Shown here piece after piece: positions 21,740 to 32,521 of a DNA stretch of 64,000 nucleotides. Each line of letters starts with the position of its first letter. Position 1 is the first letter of the stretch. Made by a program: the position numbers and the translations under genes. Below the pieces are notes generated by a model. The model saw only the letters and a program-made list of their open reading frames with translations, ran no database searches and had not been told where the DNA came from. The DNA is from an uncultured Candidatus Saccharibacteria bacterium. Lineage in GTDB: Bacteria; Patescibacteriota; Saccharimonadia; CAILAD01; BJGX01. The stretch covers positions 24,078 to 88,077 of the forward strand of contig CAZKFZ010000003.1 in the NCBI GenBank assembly GCA_964552475.1. Reading direction: 5' to 3'.

Positions 21740-23605
21740 CTACCCAGTTACTTCTTCTACAGAAATGTCTTTACTATCATTCGCACTCGTTACTGCCATA
21801 CTTTCACTTATTAAGTCTTGTGGGTTGGTAGTAATAAGCTCGGTTTCCGTTGGGCTAGCTATAATATGAAGTATTATGTGGCTTAAACCAGCAAAAAATA
21901 ACCCTTCACCCACAGGGAACTGACTAAGTCTTTTCTTCTCTTCACTAGTAAGCTTGAATGTCTCAGCCACCACATCAACAGCCGCTGGATTTTGTTTAAG
22001 TAAAAGCTGCAAACTAGAGTTGTTTACAATTGCTCGGCCTAATCTAGTACCTAAGAAATCTTCGACATCTTGTGAAATAGTCGTAAGACCCAAGAAATAT
22101 TTTCGAGCACGTTTTGCAATAGAAAACATAAACATAGCTGAGTCTTGGTACTGCATAAGTTGCCATGCCTCATCTATAATAAGTACCCGTTTTTTCTTCT
22201 CAGACTTTACTCTGTTCCAGACATAATTAAGCACAATATACATACCTATGGGCCGCAATTCGTCTTCCAAATCTCGAATATTAAATACTACAAACGGATT
22301 ATTTAGATTTACATTACTTTGCTGAGAAAATATGCCAGAAAAAGTACCCTCGGTAAATCTACGAAGTCGTGCAGCCAGTGCTGGGCCATTTCCACCCATT
22401 TCGTTTAAGTTATTATATAGATCTAACATTACTGGAGGCTCAGCGGTATGAGTAAGTGGGTCGTTAGTAATGCCTTTTTGGGCGTAAGTATTAATGAGCG
22501 CAATGTCTAGATCAGATTCTTCTGTGGGTGAAAGCTCACCCATCATTAGTCTAAGTAGACCATGGAGCATTATGATGTTTGCTCGCAGAGCATTATCGGC
22601 TTCGTCTGAGTCTATAGCTGTAGGGATATCAAAAGGGTTCACATGGCTATCACTAGTTAGACTAAGCTGTAAAAAGCTACCACCTACAGCATCGCATAGT
22701 GTTCTATATTCGTTTTCTGGGTCTATTACAATTATTTCGGTACCAAACATCAAAGAACGCAAAGCTTCAAGTTTTACAGCAAAAGACTTACCAGCACCAG
22801 ACTTGGCAAATACCACCATGTTGGCATTTTCTAAACTAAATCTATCAAATAATACCAAGCCGTTATTGTGACGGTTAATACCATAAAGAATTCCCTCCTC
22901 ATTGCTAAGGTTGGCGGTGGTGAATGGGAAAGTAGTAGAAATTGCGCCGGTGTCCATATTGCGTTTCACACCTAGTAGGTCGCTACCTAGTGGTAGAGTT
23001 GAGGTAAAACCTTGTTCCATCTGTATAGTAGCCGGCTTTGTATATATAAGACTTGTACCCAAAACTGACTCTATTTTTTTTACTAACTCCTCAAGCTCCT
23101 CAAGTGTTGTTCCATAAATCGTTACGTACAAACCAAGCCTAAAAAACCTATCTTCACCTACCTGTAATTTATCACGCAATTCTTCGGCATCACTTAAAGA
23201 TGCTTCAAGAGCTGGGTCTCTAACTTTACCTTTTTCGGCATTTATAGATTGATTAGCTTCTAGTTGACCAACTTTTTTCTTAAGATTATCTAGTACTACC
23301 CTACTCTCAACCGGTTCTATTGCTAGGCTTATATCTATTATTTCGTCCATATTTATAAGAGGACTAAGCCAACCAGTAAATAAGCTCCTAGGATAAGCAT
23401 ATACAAATAATGTTCTGGCAAAGCGCGAGCCGATACGTATATAATTCGCTTCTATTTGTATAGAGCTAGGTGCTATTACGTCACGAAGTGTTACAACACC
23501 CTGGCGATATATTTGTTGAGCTTGTTGTTGAGCATTGGCATTGGCTTGTTGTTGGGGTGTAAGAGTTGGGGTTGTCGGTTGTGCTGGTTTTTTACCAAAT
23601 ATCAT
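21740..23605 (-). CDS. virB4: VirB4-like secretion ATPase
   Basis: FDRFSLENAN, AKSGAGKS, IDPENEY, IDEAW, KRARKY. Confidence 0.92.
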   Translation of the reverse strand: MIFGKKPAQPTTPTLTPQQQANANAQQQAQQIYRQGVVTLRDVIAPSSIQIEANYIRIGSRFARTLFVYAYPRSLFTGWLSPLINMDEIIDISLAIEPVESRVVLDNLKKKVGQLEANQSINAEKGKVRDPALEASLSDAEELRDKLQVGEDRFFRLGLYVTIYGTTLEELEELVKKIESVLGTSLIYTKPATIQMEQGFTSTLPLGSDLLGVKRNMDTGAISTTFPFTTANLSNEEGILYGINRHNNGLVLFDRFSLENANMVVFAKSGAGKSFAVKLEALRSLMFGTEIIVIDPENEYRTLCDAVGGSFLQLSLTSDSHVNPFDIPTAIDSDEADNALRANIIMLHGLLRLMMGELSPTEESDLDIALINTYAQKGITNDPLTHTAEPPVMLDLYNNLNEMGGNGPALAARLRRFTEGTFSGIFSQQSNVNLNNPFVVFNIRDLEDELRPIGMYIVLNYVWNRVKSEKKKRVLIIDEAWQLMQYQDSAMFMFSIAKRARKYFLGLTTISQDVEDFLGTRLGRAIVNNSSLQLLLKQNPAAVDVVAETFKLTSEEKKRLSQFPVGEGLFFAGLSHIILHIIASPTETELITTNPQDLISESMAVTSANDSKDISVEEVTG

Positions 23606-23606
23606 T

Positions 23607-24488
23607 TTACTTTTGCCCTCCAGCTATATTAGGGGGTTGGGGATTGCTAGGTTGACTTGGTTGTGCGGGATTAGAGTTAGTTTGTCTATTTGCAGCCGAG
23701 TATAGATCGTCTGGGACTGGTTCTTTAGGTTTTTGGCTTGGTATTTTGGCCAGACCATCTTTTCTTAGGACTGCCGGAGTACTCATGTCAGCTATATCAG
23801 TAAGTGATTGGTTTTGGCTTTCTGCTACATTATAGGAGTTGTAAAACAACTCTATAACTTCTTGTGTGTTGAGTATAACTGTCCTTACACCTATCTGCGC
23901 CAAGCCTTGAGCTACCTGGTTAGTCCTCTGCAATAAATCATTCTTGCGTTGTTCGTACTCTCCACTCGTTTGAGTAACCTCAGCCGAGTCACTAGATGCT
24001 CCACGTAATTTAGTGAATATATTCGCTTTAGTTACAACATTTACATAGTATGGAACAACCACGTAAAAGCGTTTTTCCATAATATTTACTTCGTTTAGGA
24101 GACTTTTTATATTGGTAACGTAGTCATCCATTAGATCGGCTAGTAATGGATTAGGTTGATCACTTTGTATTACCTCTAGCTTACTTAGGTAATTATCTAA
24201 ATCTATCTTGCGTGACTGTATTACTATTTGAATAGGAAAATGCAAACCGTTTAGGAAACCCTGAAAAGCAAACTCAATAGCTTCTTTCTCGTCTGGGCTT
24301 TTAAGATCGAAATTAGTTGGAGAACATAGTATTACGGCCCGTAAACTACCATCACGCATCACCACGATACCATCTCTTATTTCTGAAAAAGGCAAATGAC
24401 TTTGAGTGCTCATCTGCTTGTTTTGTTCTTTTTTTGGTGGAGTGACCGAGTTTACGTATTCACGCTGTTGGGGGGTAATCTGTGCCAT
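23607..24488 (-). CDS. Conserved VirB4-associated secretion-system component
   Basis: STQ..LPFSEIRDG...NFDLKS..E...FLNGL.FPIQI pattern; lies between PrgI and VirB4. Confidence 0.7.
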   Translation of the reverse strand: MAQITPQQREYVNSVTPPKKEQNKQMSTQSHLPFSEIRDGIVVMRDGSLRAVILCSPTNFDLKSPDEKEAIEFAFQGFLNGLHFPIQIVIQSRKIDLDNYLSKLEVIQSDQPNPLLADLMDDYVTNIKSLLNEVNIMEKRFYVVVPYYVNVVTKANIFTKLRGASSDSAEVTQTSGEYEQRKNDLLQRTNQVAQGLAQIGVRTVILNTQEVIELFYNSYNVAESQNQSLTDIADMSTPAVLRKDGLAKIPSQKPKEPVPDDLYSAANRQTNSNPAQPSQPSNPQPPNIAGGQK

Positions 24489-24573
24489 TTTTGTATATAA
24501 TAACCTATTTTGCTTAAGCTTTATTATAACAGCTTAAGTACTATAATAAAGCCACTTCAAAAACTTGTTATTT

Positions 24574-25416
24574 TTACTGCCGTACTTGCGCACTAGTACC
24601 TGGCGAAAGTTGTTGAGTTTGTTGGTTAGCTCTGGTTGCTACTTGTTGAATAGTAAGACTACTACCTTGCATTGCAACCTGACTAGCAGCTGGGTTTATA
24701 GTTTGTAATTGTTGCGGCACTTGGTTTACAGAAGGTTGACTATTGTTTGGTTTTCGTAAAGCTTGTCGAACTTGGGTGGCTGCATTTTGGCGCGAATCTT
24801 CCTTGGCGTTTTGTAGTAGTTTTTCAACCGTATTAGCTCTTTGACTAGTTTCATCTAAAACATCATCTTTTGGTGTAATTAACCTATGAGCGGTGTCTAT
24901 AGTATTATTAGAGCTTTCTTCTGTACCAACTTGTTGAGGGCCAATAATTCGTTTGGCATAAATAGATGCTTCATTATCTCCTTCGTGTAATTGTACACTT
25001 GGGTCTTTAAAGTTACCACGCGTATCTATAATAGACGCAAGCTGTTTAAGTTGACCAACCGAAACAGATTGATCTTTCTCTAGATTTTCTTTGGGTTTTT
25101 CTACATCTTTTACAATAACCTCTTTTTTATCATCTTTTATCCAGGTGCGAGTTCTAGGTACAACTAAGAATCTAAAAAACGCCACCATATAGTCTTCAAA
25201 AGGTACTCCTTCACGCGACCCAAACCCAAGTAAAAGGAAAAAACCTGTTACCGGAAAAGCAAATATAAGAGCGACTATTATAGAAAAGCTAAATATACGC
25301 CACATTAAAAATCCCCACATCAGCGCAATTATTACGTATATAAATTGCTTTACTGAGAGCGGCCCTAGTATTTTATCTTCGGTCTCTACATTTTGTGGTA
25401 CTTTGTATTCACCCAT
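24574..25416 (-). CDS. PrgI-family (VirB3-like) membrane protein
   Basis: YKVPQNVETEDKILGPLSVKQF followed by two TM helices. Confidence 0.85.
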   Translation of the reverse strand: MGEYKVPQNVETEDKILGPLSVKQFIYVIIALMWGFLMWRIFSFSIIVALIFAFPVTGFFLLLGFGSREGVPFEDYMVAFFRFLVVPRTRTWIKDDKKEVIVKDVEKPKENLEKDQSVSVGQLKQLASIIDTRGNFKDPSVQLHEGDNEASIYAKRIIGPQQVGTEESSNNTIDTAHRLITPKDDVLDETSQRANTVEKLLQNAKEDSRQNAATQVRQALRKPNNSQPSVNQVPQQLQTINPAASQVAMQGSSLTIQQVATRANQQTQQLSPGTSAQVRQ

Positions 25417-25460
25417 ATATATTAATTATAACAATCTCATTATTTTAAGCATAATTATTA

Positions 25461-27710
25461 TTATGGTCTCACAACTCTGTTATTATTAAGATTTGCATGA
25501 GCTACACTTTGGTGAACTGTAGGAGATGAGTTAGGATTGAGCCTCTGTTGTTTAGCAACTTCTCCAGCGTGCATTTGGTCGTAAGCAATTCTTTTATGAT
25601 GAATATCCAGAGGAACTCCAGTAGGCGCCGGAGGTGTGGCACTATCGTTTGCAACCTGTCTTGTTGTTGCTTCATATAGGTTAGTATAAGCAATTCGTTC
25701 TCTATCAGCCGGTGTAACGCCTGCTGCTTGACCACCATCGGTTCTTGCTTGTTTTTCTACATCCCATGCAATCACCGATTCTTGGTATGTTCTTCCACCT
25801 GTCTCGTGAGCTATCTTATCAAAATCTGCTCTTTGTTTGGCGTTTAGTGGTGGTAAACCAGCATCAAAACCTTGTTTGCCTTCAACTAACTTGTCTCTGT
25901 ATGCTTTCTGAAGTACTTTCTTGGCAACCTTGGCATCTGGTGTTGATTCACCATTCTTTGTTTGACGCGATAAAGCAATTTGATCATCAACATCCATAAG
26001 GCCAATATCTTTTTTCTTCGCCTCTTCAACTTTGTCATCGGTTCTGAGTTTATTTTGCTTAAAACTTCTTCCTAGCTTCGTATTGCTACCACGAAAAGCC
26101 GCACTAGCACCCTCAAACCCCTTAGATTTTAGCTCAGCAAGCTTGCCTTCTTGACCACTCTTCTTCACAGCACCTTTACCAGCGCCAATTGCAGCTTTAC
26201 CCACTCCTGTATTTGCAACAGCTTTACCTGCTGCTCCCATAATATCACCACTAAGTTTGAGCGTTTTTGGAACCAAAGCAAGTATAAGAACAGGTACAAA
26301 TATAGCAATCAAATTAGTTAAGAAGTTCGCCACAGCACCCTGGAATCCTCCAGAATCAAACAAACCATTTTGTAAAAGATTTACAAATATAGCTCCTATA
26401 GCAAACAAAAGATTTACCAATAAGAACATAATAGATAGCTTTATCATGTACTTCCACCACTGCTTAAAGAACTTCTCGGTGTTTGGTAATACCCAAGCAG
26501 CAAAAGCTATCGGAGCAAACAAAACCAACCCAACTAGTGCTAAGTAACGTAGCATTAAATAGAAGAAAGCAATTATCGCCACTATTAGGCCTATTATTTC
26601 GGCAATTTGTAGCATTACAAACTGCCCAATTGTCTGGAATATACCACCTGCAGAAGGATTGACACCGCAAGTTGGTACAAAAAGGCAAGCAAAAGCTTCG
26701 CCTGGTGTTGGAGGAGCACCACCTGTGCCACCTGGAACATTAAAGCTTTGCAGTAAAAACTGAGGTAGTGTACTACCTAAGATATTTCCCAAATCTAAAA
26801 TAACTTGACATATGAGTAATGAAAACTGCGTAAGTATAATTGCCGCTATTAACTTGGGCAAGGTCTTTTTAATAGTATAGTTATCTAAACCTGGTATTGC
26901 CACAAAATTAGCAATAATGATAAATAGAAATATTAGTATATAAAAAGAATTAGCTAGAGTAATCATGGCGTTTACACCATCCTTTAGCTCTACTTGAACA
27001 CTTGAGGCGCCAGAATTACCAACTAAAACAGGGTTCTCTAATAATCCTGTCATTGTATCAATAGTAGTACCTAGTGCCTCAACTAAAAAGTTCTGTACCG
27101 GACAAACTATAAAAGTTAAAGGGCTATTAAGAGTGTCCTCACAAGCATCTAGAGCTTCTTCTTCGCTAGCTTTAGCATCTAGAGCTTCTAATAGATCATC
27201 TGTGAGAAAACGAGGTGCCGCTCCTGTATATCTTGCTTCAACATCAGTACCCTGAAAATCATCATAATCACCACCATCCCATGGAAAACAATCAGTGGGC
27301 TTAACTACAGAACAAAATGTTTTGTCTGGGTCTGAGTTGTTTTCACCACCTTTAAAAGCTCTATCATAATTACGAAAGTTAGATAGACCTATTTGGTCTC
27401 CCCCACTAGCAAACGGATTAGTCACACTAAAACTTTGCCTAAGCTTGGCTACAATAACTCCATCTACTAAACCAAAAGAAATATAATCACCCGTATTCTC
27501 TACATAAGAAGGGTATCCAGTCACTTCACTCCAATATGGATCGTATTTGTATACCTCATCACCACAATCAAGCTCACCAGATGAATTAAACGAGAAAGTA
27601 TCATCACCACCACAAGCTGCATGAGCTTTGTTGGTAAATATAATCATACTAAAAAAAACAATAACCAACGACAGAATTGGTAAAAGCAAAATACGGGAGA
27701 GCTTTTTCAT
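25461..27710 (-). CDS. VirB6/TrbL-like polytopic membrane protein
   Basis: Signal peptide, several TMs, 'APIAFAAWVLPNTEKFFKQWW'. Confidence 0.75.
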   Translation of the reverse strand: MKKLSRILLLPILSLVIVFFSMIIFTNKAHAACGGDDTFSFNSSGELDCGDEVYKYDPYWSEVTGYPSYVENTGDYISFGLVDGVIVAKLRQSFSVTNPFASGGDQIGLSNFRNYDRAFKGGENNSDPDKTFCSVVKPTDCFPWDGGDYDDFQGTDVEARYTGAAPRFLTDDLLEALDAKASEEEALDACEDTLNSPLTFIVCPVQNFLVEALGTTIDTMTGLLENPVLVGNSGASSVQVELKDGVNAMITLANSFYILIFLFIIIANFVAIPGLDNYTIKKTLPKLIAAIILTQFSLLICQVILDLGNILGSTLPQFLLQSFNVPGGTGGAPPTPGEAFACLFVPTCGVNPSAGGIFQTIGQFVMLQIAEIIGLIVAIIAFFYLMLRYLALVGLVLFAPIAFAAWVLPNTEKFFKQWWKYMIKLSIMFLLVNLLFAIGAIFVNLLQNGLFDSGGFQGAVANFLTNLIAIFVPVLILALVPKTLKLSGDIMGAAGKAVANTGVGKAAIGAGKGAVKKSGQEGKLAELKSKGFEGASAAFRGSNTKLGRSFKQNKLRTDDKVEEAKKKDIGLMDVDDQIALSRQTKNGESTPDAKVAKKVLQKAYRDKLVEGKQGFDAGLPPLNAKQRADFDKIAHETGGRTYQESVIAWDVEKQARTDGGQAAGVTPADRERIAYTNLYEATTRQVANDSATPPAPTGVPLDIHHKRIAYDQMHAGEVAKQQRLNPNSSPTVHQSVAHANLNNNRVVRP

Positions 27711-27801
27711 AACACTTATGTTACACTAAATAACTTACAAATTATAGACCTTAAAGACAGGCCTTATCGCTTTAAACATAACAAGTGATATAATACATAG
27801 C

Positions 27802-28395
27802 ATGCAATTTATTTACAGACCACTACTTGCTGCCCAGTGTGGAATACTAGACAATCTACCTAATGGATCTAACTTGTGCCAAAACGGTCTATCCCTTAAT
27901 GATGTTATTAGTCTGTTGGCTGGCTATATTGTGACCCTGATAGGTCTTATTTTAGCAGTTGTTATATTATATTGCGCTGTCGAGATTGTTACCTCGGGTG
28001 GTAGCCAAGAGCGAATAAAGTCGGCCAAAAATCGTCTTACCCAAGCTGCCATTAGCTTGGGCTTACTAATATCTTTTAGAGCAATAATTGCGGTCTTTGG
28101 TATAGATGGTGGTAATACCGGTGCGGGCGCCCCAACACTGTTTAATGGCGTAGATGAGTTTAGTCTTGAGGGTGTAGAGAAGTTAATTGCTAATGCTGCA
28201 CAGATACTTATGATGGCAGTAGGCGCATTTTCGGTAATATTTATAGTGGTTGGTGCGGTACAATATATTACTTCGGCTGGCAACGAACAAAGCGTAGCAA
28301 ACGCCAAGAGGACAATTACCTACGCTGTAAGCGGGCTTATACTCGCACTTTCTACGGTCGCAATCATTACGTTTATTAATACTCAGTTTTTTTAA
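27802..28395 (+). CDS. Tandem double VirB2-like pilin
   Basis: Two copies of the TM-(TSxG..E....AK..I)-TM unit. Confidence 0.8.
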   Translation: MQFIYRPLLAAQCGILDNLPNGSNLCQNGLSLNDVISLLAGYIVTLIGLILAVVILYCAVEIVTSGGSQERIKSAKNRLTQAAISLGLLISFRAIIAVFGIDGGNTGAGAPTLFNGVDEFSLEGVEKLIANAAQILMMAVGAFSVIFIVVGAVQYITSAGNEQSVANAKRTITYAVSGLILALSTVAIITFINTQFF

Positions 28396-28439
28396 GTAAC
28401 CTTGCCAAAACCTTAGCGTAAGAGTTAATATATTATCAA

Positions 28440-28730
28440 ATGAAGTTACTTAGTATATTATTACTAGCAGATTTTGAAGCTCCTCCTGGACTAGGTGGGC
28501 CAGCAACCTTTGGTGATTTAGTAGGTAAGGTAACAAACACACTACTTCTTATTGCTGGTGCTGTTGCCGTGATAGTAATTGTGGTAGGTGGAATACAATA
28601 CACACTATCGGCTGGTGATGAGAAGCGTACGAAAACTGCCAAAGATACTATTACTAATGCCGTTATTGGCCTAGTAATAGCTATAATGGCCTTTGCGATA
28701 GTAAACTTTGTACTTGGTACGTTTAAATAA
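28440..28730 (+). CDS. VirB2-like pilin
   Basis: GGIQYTLSAGDEKRTKTAKDTITNAVIGL. Confidence 0.85.
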   Translation: MKLLSILLLADFEAPPGLGGPATFGDLVGKVTNTLLLIAGAVAVIVIVVGGIQYTLSAGDEKRTKTAKDTITNAVIGLVIAIMAFAIVNFVLGTFK

Positions 28731-28818
28731 GAAAACTATTGTCACTTGTTGCAAAAAAACTACCTTGCGGTATCATAAGAAGTAAGCTAAAATATCTAGT
28801 AAATGCTTTATAAATAAT

Positions 28819-29196
28819 ATGGAGAATAAAATGACATTATCTAAAAAAACGCAAAGACTAGCAATTGTAACAGGTAGTAGTGTAGTTGCATTGGTCCCAA
28901 CAGTAGCGTTGGCAGCCGACACTACTCAAGATGCTGTAGATGCCGTACAGCCCGCCTCGGCCGCTACTGGCGACCTGCAAAGCAATATTAAAAACATTAT
29001 TAACGCCATGCTCTTAGTTATTGGTATTGTGGCAGTAATAATGCTAATTGTGGGCGGTTTTAGATATGTAATAAGTAATGGCAACGAAAAGGCTGTTACT
29101 GGTGCCAAAGACACTATACTATATGCAATTATTGGTATTGTTGTAGCTCTACTTTCATTTGCTATTGTAAACTTTGTGCTTGGTCAGTTTAGTTAA
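28819..29196 (+). CDS. VirB2-like pilin
   Basis: Signal peptide; GGFRYVISNGNEKAVTGAKDTILYAIIG. Confidence 0.88.
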   Translation: MENKMTLSKKTQRLAIVTGSSVVALVPTVALAADTTQDAVDAVQPASAATGDLQSNIKNIINAMLLVIGIVAVIMLIVGGFRYVISNGNEKAVTGAKDTILYAIIGIVVALLSFAIVNFVLGQFS

Positions 29197-29228
29197 AAAA
29201 TAATTCAAGGGGTGTAAGTTAAACAATT

Positions 29229-29582
29229 ATGAGAACTAAAATTAAAACACTTTCTGCAATAACTACGGGGTATGTAGTTCTTGCGGCTACTAGAGTCTAT
29301 GCAGTTTCTAACCCCGCTCAAACGGGCGCCAACAAAGCTAAAGACCCAAGCCAACCCACCGATTTACTTGCAAATGTTAAGCTTATTACTAATACCCTTC
29401 TGCTTGGAATAGGTGTAATATCTGTCATTATGATAGTTATCGGTGGTATACGTTACGCGACCTCTGGTGGTGACGAAAAAGGCACAAAAGGCGCCAAAGA
29501 CACTATTTTATATGCCGTTATTGGCCTTGTGGTGGCGCTTCTTGCATTTGCTATAGTTAACTTTGTACTAGAAATTTTCTAA
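29229..29582 (+). CDS. VirB2-like pilin
   Basis: GGIRYATSGGDEKGTKGAKDTILYAVIGL. Confidence 0.88.
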   Translation: MRTKIKTLSAITTGYVVLAATRVYAVSNPAQTGANKAKDPSQPTDLLANVKLITNTLLLGIGVISVIMIVIGGIRYATSGGDEKGTKGAKDTILYAVIGLVVALLAFAIVNFVLEIF

Positions 29583-29647
29583 TCTAAAGTAACATATTTA
29601 TATATTACTCACTGGTTTAAAACTTCCATTACAGCTAAAATAAACAT

Positions 29648-30970
29648 ATGCGTAATAGATATATTAAGCTATTAGCTTTAATAATTAGTTCTATAGCTCT
29701 ATTTTTTGCTATCTATATAATCACTCAAAGACCATATAGTACTAGCCTTAGCGACTACAAAACTAGTGTACTCTACCCAACCTCGCCAATTACGCTATCT
29801 CTTTGGTTACCTTCCGATGAACAAGGTAACCTTGAGTATGTTGTTGATCAATACCAAAAAGTTCATCCTAATGTGAAGGTTGGTATTGAGTATGTAGATA
29901 TAAATAACTACCAAGCCAAGGTGTTACAAGCAATTTATGAGAATAAATTACCAGATTTATTAGTATTTAGAGATGATAGCTTACCTCTATATAAAAATAG
30001 CCTTCAACCCGCACCAGCCAGTGTATTCACTCCCGATCAATTTAGCTCAACTTTTGCAGATTTTGCCACCAAACAACTTGTGGTTGGCAACAGTATATAT
30101 GGCGCACCCCTAGGTATAGCTACCCTTGGTTTAATTTATAATCAAAACAGGTTTGATCAAGCCAAGATTACTTCACCTCCGACCAATTGGGTAGAGTTTG
30201 ATGCAGTAAATGATAAATTACGACAAAAAACCGACCAAACACTTTATGAGTCTGGTGTAGCTCTCGGTAGCCCAACCGTTCATAGCTACCCAGATATTAT
30301 AAGTGTACTAATGATGCAAAACGGCGCAACAATGACCAACCAACCACCTACCAAAGCAACCTTTGAGTTGCCAGACTCTACCGGCTACTACTCTAGTGCC
30401 AAGGCGCTAGCCTATTATGCAAGTTTTGCCCAACCAACCAAAGCCAACTACTCGTGGAGCGATAGCTTGGGTGATAGTGTAAGTGCGTTTGCCCAAAACA
30501 AAACAGCTACAATTATTGATTACCCTATGGCTGCTAAAACTGTGACCGAGCAAAACCCTACTATGCCCATTAGATTTTCAACCCTACCACAAACTAACTC
30601 CAACAAACCAATAAACTACGGCACATTCTTGATAGGTTCTGTATCAAAAACTACCAAAACACCCAACATTGCATGGGATTTTTGGGGTTTTACTACCACC
30701 AAACAAGCCCAAAGAGACTTTTCTACTAAGAGCTACTGGCCAGCTAGCCGTAAAGATCTTGTAGCTGAACAAACAAACAACAATATACTGAGTCCTTTCG
30801 CTAAACAAATTTCTACCGCACAAGATTGGTATAAAGGGCTTAACCTCGTTACCAACGCAGATTTTCGCGAGATGCTATCAACTTACCTATCTGGCTTAGA
30901 TGCTCAAATAGTTGTAAATAATGCATCCGCTAAAGTTACTACCTCTATAGAGCAAGCCAACTCAAAATAA
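29648..30970 (+). CDS. Extracellular solute-binding protein, sugar ABC type
   Basis: TM anchor; YQKVHPNVKV, PD, LIYN, PPTNW. Confidence 0.8.
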   Translation: MRNRYIKLLALIISSIALFFAIYIITQRPYSTSLSDYKTSVLYPTSPITLSLWLPSDEQGNLEYVVDQYQKVHPNVKVGIEYVDINNYQAKVLQAIYENKLPDLLVFRDDSLPLYKNSLQPAPASVFTPDQFSSTFADFATKQLVVGNSIYGAPLGIATLGLIYNQNRFDQAKITSPPTNWVEFDAVNDKLRQKTDQTLYESGVALGSPTVHSYPDIISVLMMQNGATMTNQPPTKATFELPDSTGYYSSAKALAYYASFAQPTKANYSWSDSLGDSVSAFAQNKTATIIDYPMAAKTVTEQNPTMPIRFSTLPQTNSNKPINYGTFLIGSVSKTTKTPNIAWDFWGFTTTKQAQRDFSTKSYWPASRKDLVAEQTNNNILSPFAKQISTAQDWYKGLNLVTNADFREMLSTYLSGLDAQIVVNNASAKVTTSIEQANSK

Positions 30971-30980
30971 CTAGTTTGTA

Positions 30981-31015
30981 ATCTAAAAAACCCGGCATTT
31001 GCGGGTTTTTTAGAT
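30981..31015. terminator. Bidirectional intrinsic terminator
   Basis: AAAAAACCCG-loop-CGGGTTTTTT between convergent genes. Confidence 0.8.
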
Positions 31016-31030
31016 GGTCTTCACTAAGTA

Positions 31031-31465
31031 TTAAACGGGTTTTACTTTTATCTTCTTAACCTTGTCTTCAGGGACAACTTTTGGAATCTCTATAGTTAGT
31101 ACGCCATTATTTAGACCAGCATTAGCTTTATCGGCTACTGTAGAGGTAGGTAAAATAACCGACCTACTAAAACTACCCCAAAAACACTCTTGTACATAGT
31201 AGCTGTCTTTAGAGATAGTAGTAGATTCTTTTCTGTCGCCACGAATAGTAACTACATCTTCTGAGATAGCTACATCGATATCTTCGGGTTTTACACCAGC
31301 GATTGGCGCTTTTATTACAATAGTGTCTTTGGTTTGGTAAACATCAACCGCAAGTTGGCCTTCAAACTCTTCTTCGTTCATCCATTCTTCGTTGGGAGTT
31401 TGCTCTTCTTCTAAAAAGTCGTCTGCAAGAATTTCTTCGTCAACCTGGTTCTTATTTCGTGCCAT
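31031..31465 (-). CDS. Hsp20/alpha-crystallin small heat-shock protein
   Basis: VDVYQT, GSFSRSVILP, NGVLTIEIPK; upstream TTGCAC-17-TATAAT promoter. Confidence 0.92.
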   Translation of the reverse strand: MARNKNQVDEEILADDFLEEEQTPNEEWMNEEEFEGQLAVDVYQTKDTIVIKAPIAGVKPEDIDVAISEDVVTIRGDRKESTTISKDSYYVQECFWGSFSRSVILPTSTVADKANAGLNNGVLTIEIPKVVPEDKVKKIKVKPV

Positions 31466-31557
31466 AAAATTACTCCTTATGTTTGCTCTTTTCTTTCTTG
31501 CTATTTATTATATCCAGGTAGAGTAAAGAGTGCAAGTTAATAGATAGATTTTAGAAA

Positions 31558-32217
31558 ATGATAATAGAAAAACTAGTTAGTATTATTAGTCAAAACGAAT
31601 GTTTGGTTTGTTGCAAGCCTGGCAAAATGGTGTGCACAGATTGTTGGCAGACCGAGTTTAAGTATCGCAAACCGGCTTGTTTTATGTGTAATGCACTTTC
31701 GCCAAACGGCCAAACCTGCCAGCGCTGTCGACGCAAATCTAGTTTAAACGGCGTGATCACTAACTTCCGTATGTCGGGCTACATGCAAGAGCTAATTTAT
31801 CAGCTCAAATATTATGGGTCAAGAGACACAGCTAGGTTTTTGTCTCATCACATTACTATCAATTCCCTACCTACAAAAATCGATACAATTACATATGTAC
31901 CAGCTACAGGTAAAAGTTTGCGACGACGAGGCTATAACCAAGCTCAAATACTTGCAAGAGAAGTCTCAAAACATACAAAAATACCCCTTCAACCCATCCT
32001 GTTAAGACTTCACCATACCGATCAAATTGGATTAGGCAGAATACAACGTTTTGAGTCTGTCAAAGGTAATTTTATACCACGCCGAAATATCACCGGTAAA
32101 AATGTACTAATAGTTGATGATGTTATTACAACAGGTGCCACACTTAATGAGTGCGCAAAAGTATTGAAGGCTAGTGGAGCTAAAAGTATATGGGGCTTAG
32201 CTGTCGCGAAGAAGTGA
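31558..32217 (+). CDS. comF: ComF-family protein (zinc ribbons plus phosphoribosyltransferase domain)
   Basis: CxxC pairs, RRGYNQA, LIVDDVITTGAT. Confidence 0.9.
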   Translation: MIIEKLVSIISQNECLVCCKPGKMVCTDCWQTEFKYRKPACFMCNALSPNGQTCQRCRRKSSLNGVITNFRMSGYMQELIYQLKYYGSRDTARFLSHHITINSLPTKIDTITYVPATGKSLRRRGYNQAQILAREVSKHTKIPLQPILLRLHHTDQIGLGRIQRFESVKGNFIPRRNITGKNVLIVDDVITTGATLNECAKVLKASGAKSIWGLAVAKK

Positions 32218-32286
32218 TTACTTTTATTTACAAACAAAAATAAAAAAGGCAAGAAATTCTTGCCTTAGGTTATTGCAGTTACTATT

Positions 32287-32511
32287 TTATTCTAGCAACT
32301 CCTTCTCACTTAAATACTCTACGGGATCTATGCCTATTTCTGGCAAGAAGCTAAACAAAAAGCCAATAGCCTCATCATAATCTAGATCATTATCTACTAT
32401 GTCGCTAGTAGCCTCCTCGGTCAACACATCCTTACAGGCTTCTAGTAACATACCGACTGTTGGTTCTCCTGGCTCGCTGTCGGCTTGGTGTGGTTCTAGC
32501 TCTGGCATCAT
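32287..32511 (-). CDS. Small acidic hypothetical protein
   Basis: ATG after AAAGGA; follows the Nudix gene. Confidence 0.5.
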   Translation of the reverse strand: MMPELEPHQADSEPGEPTVGMLLEACKDVLTEEATSDIVDNDLDYDEAIGFLFSFLPEIGIDPVEYLSEKELLE

Positions 32512-32521
32512 TAATCCTTTT

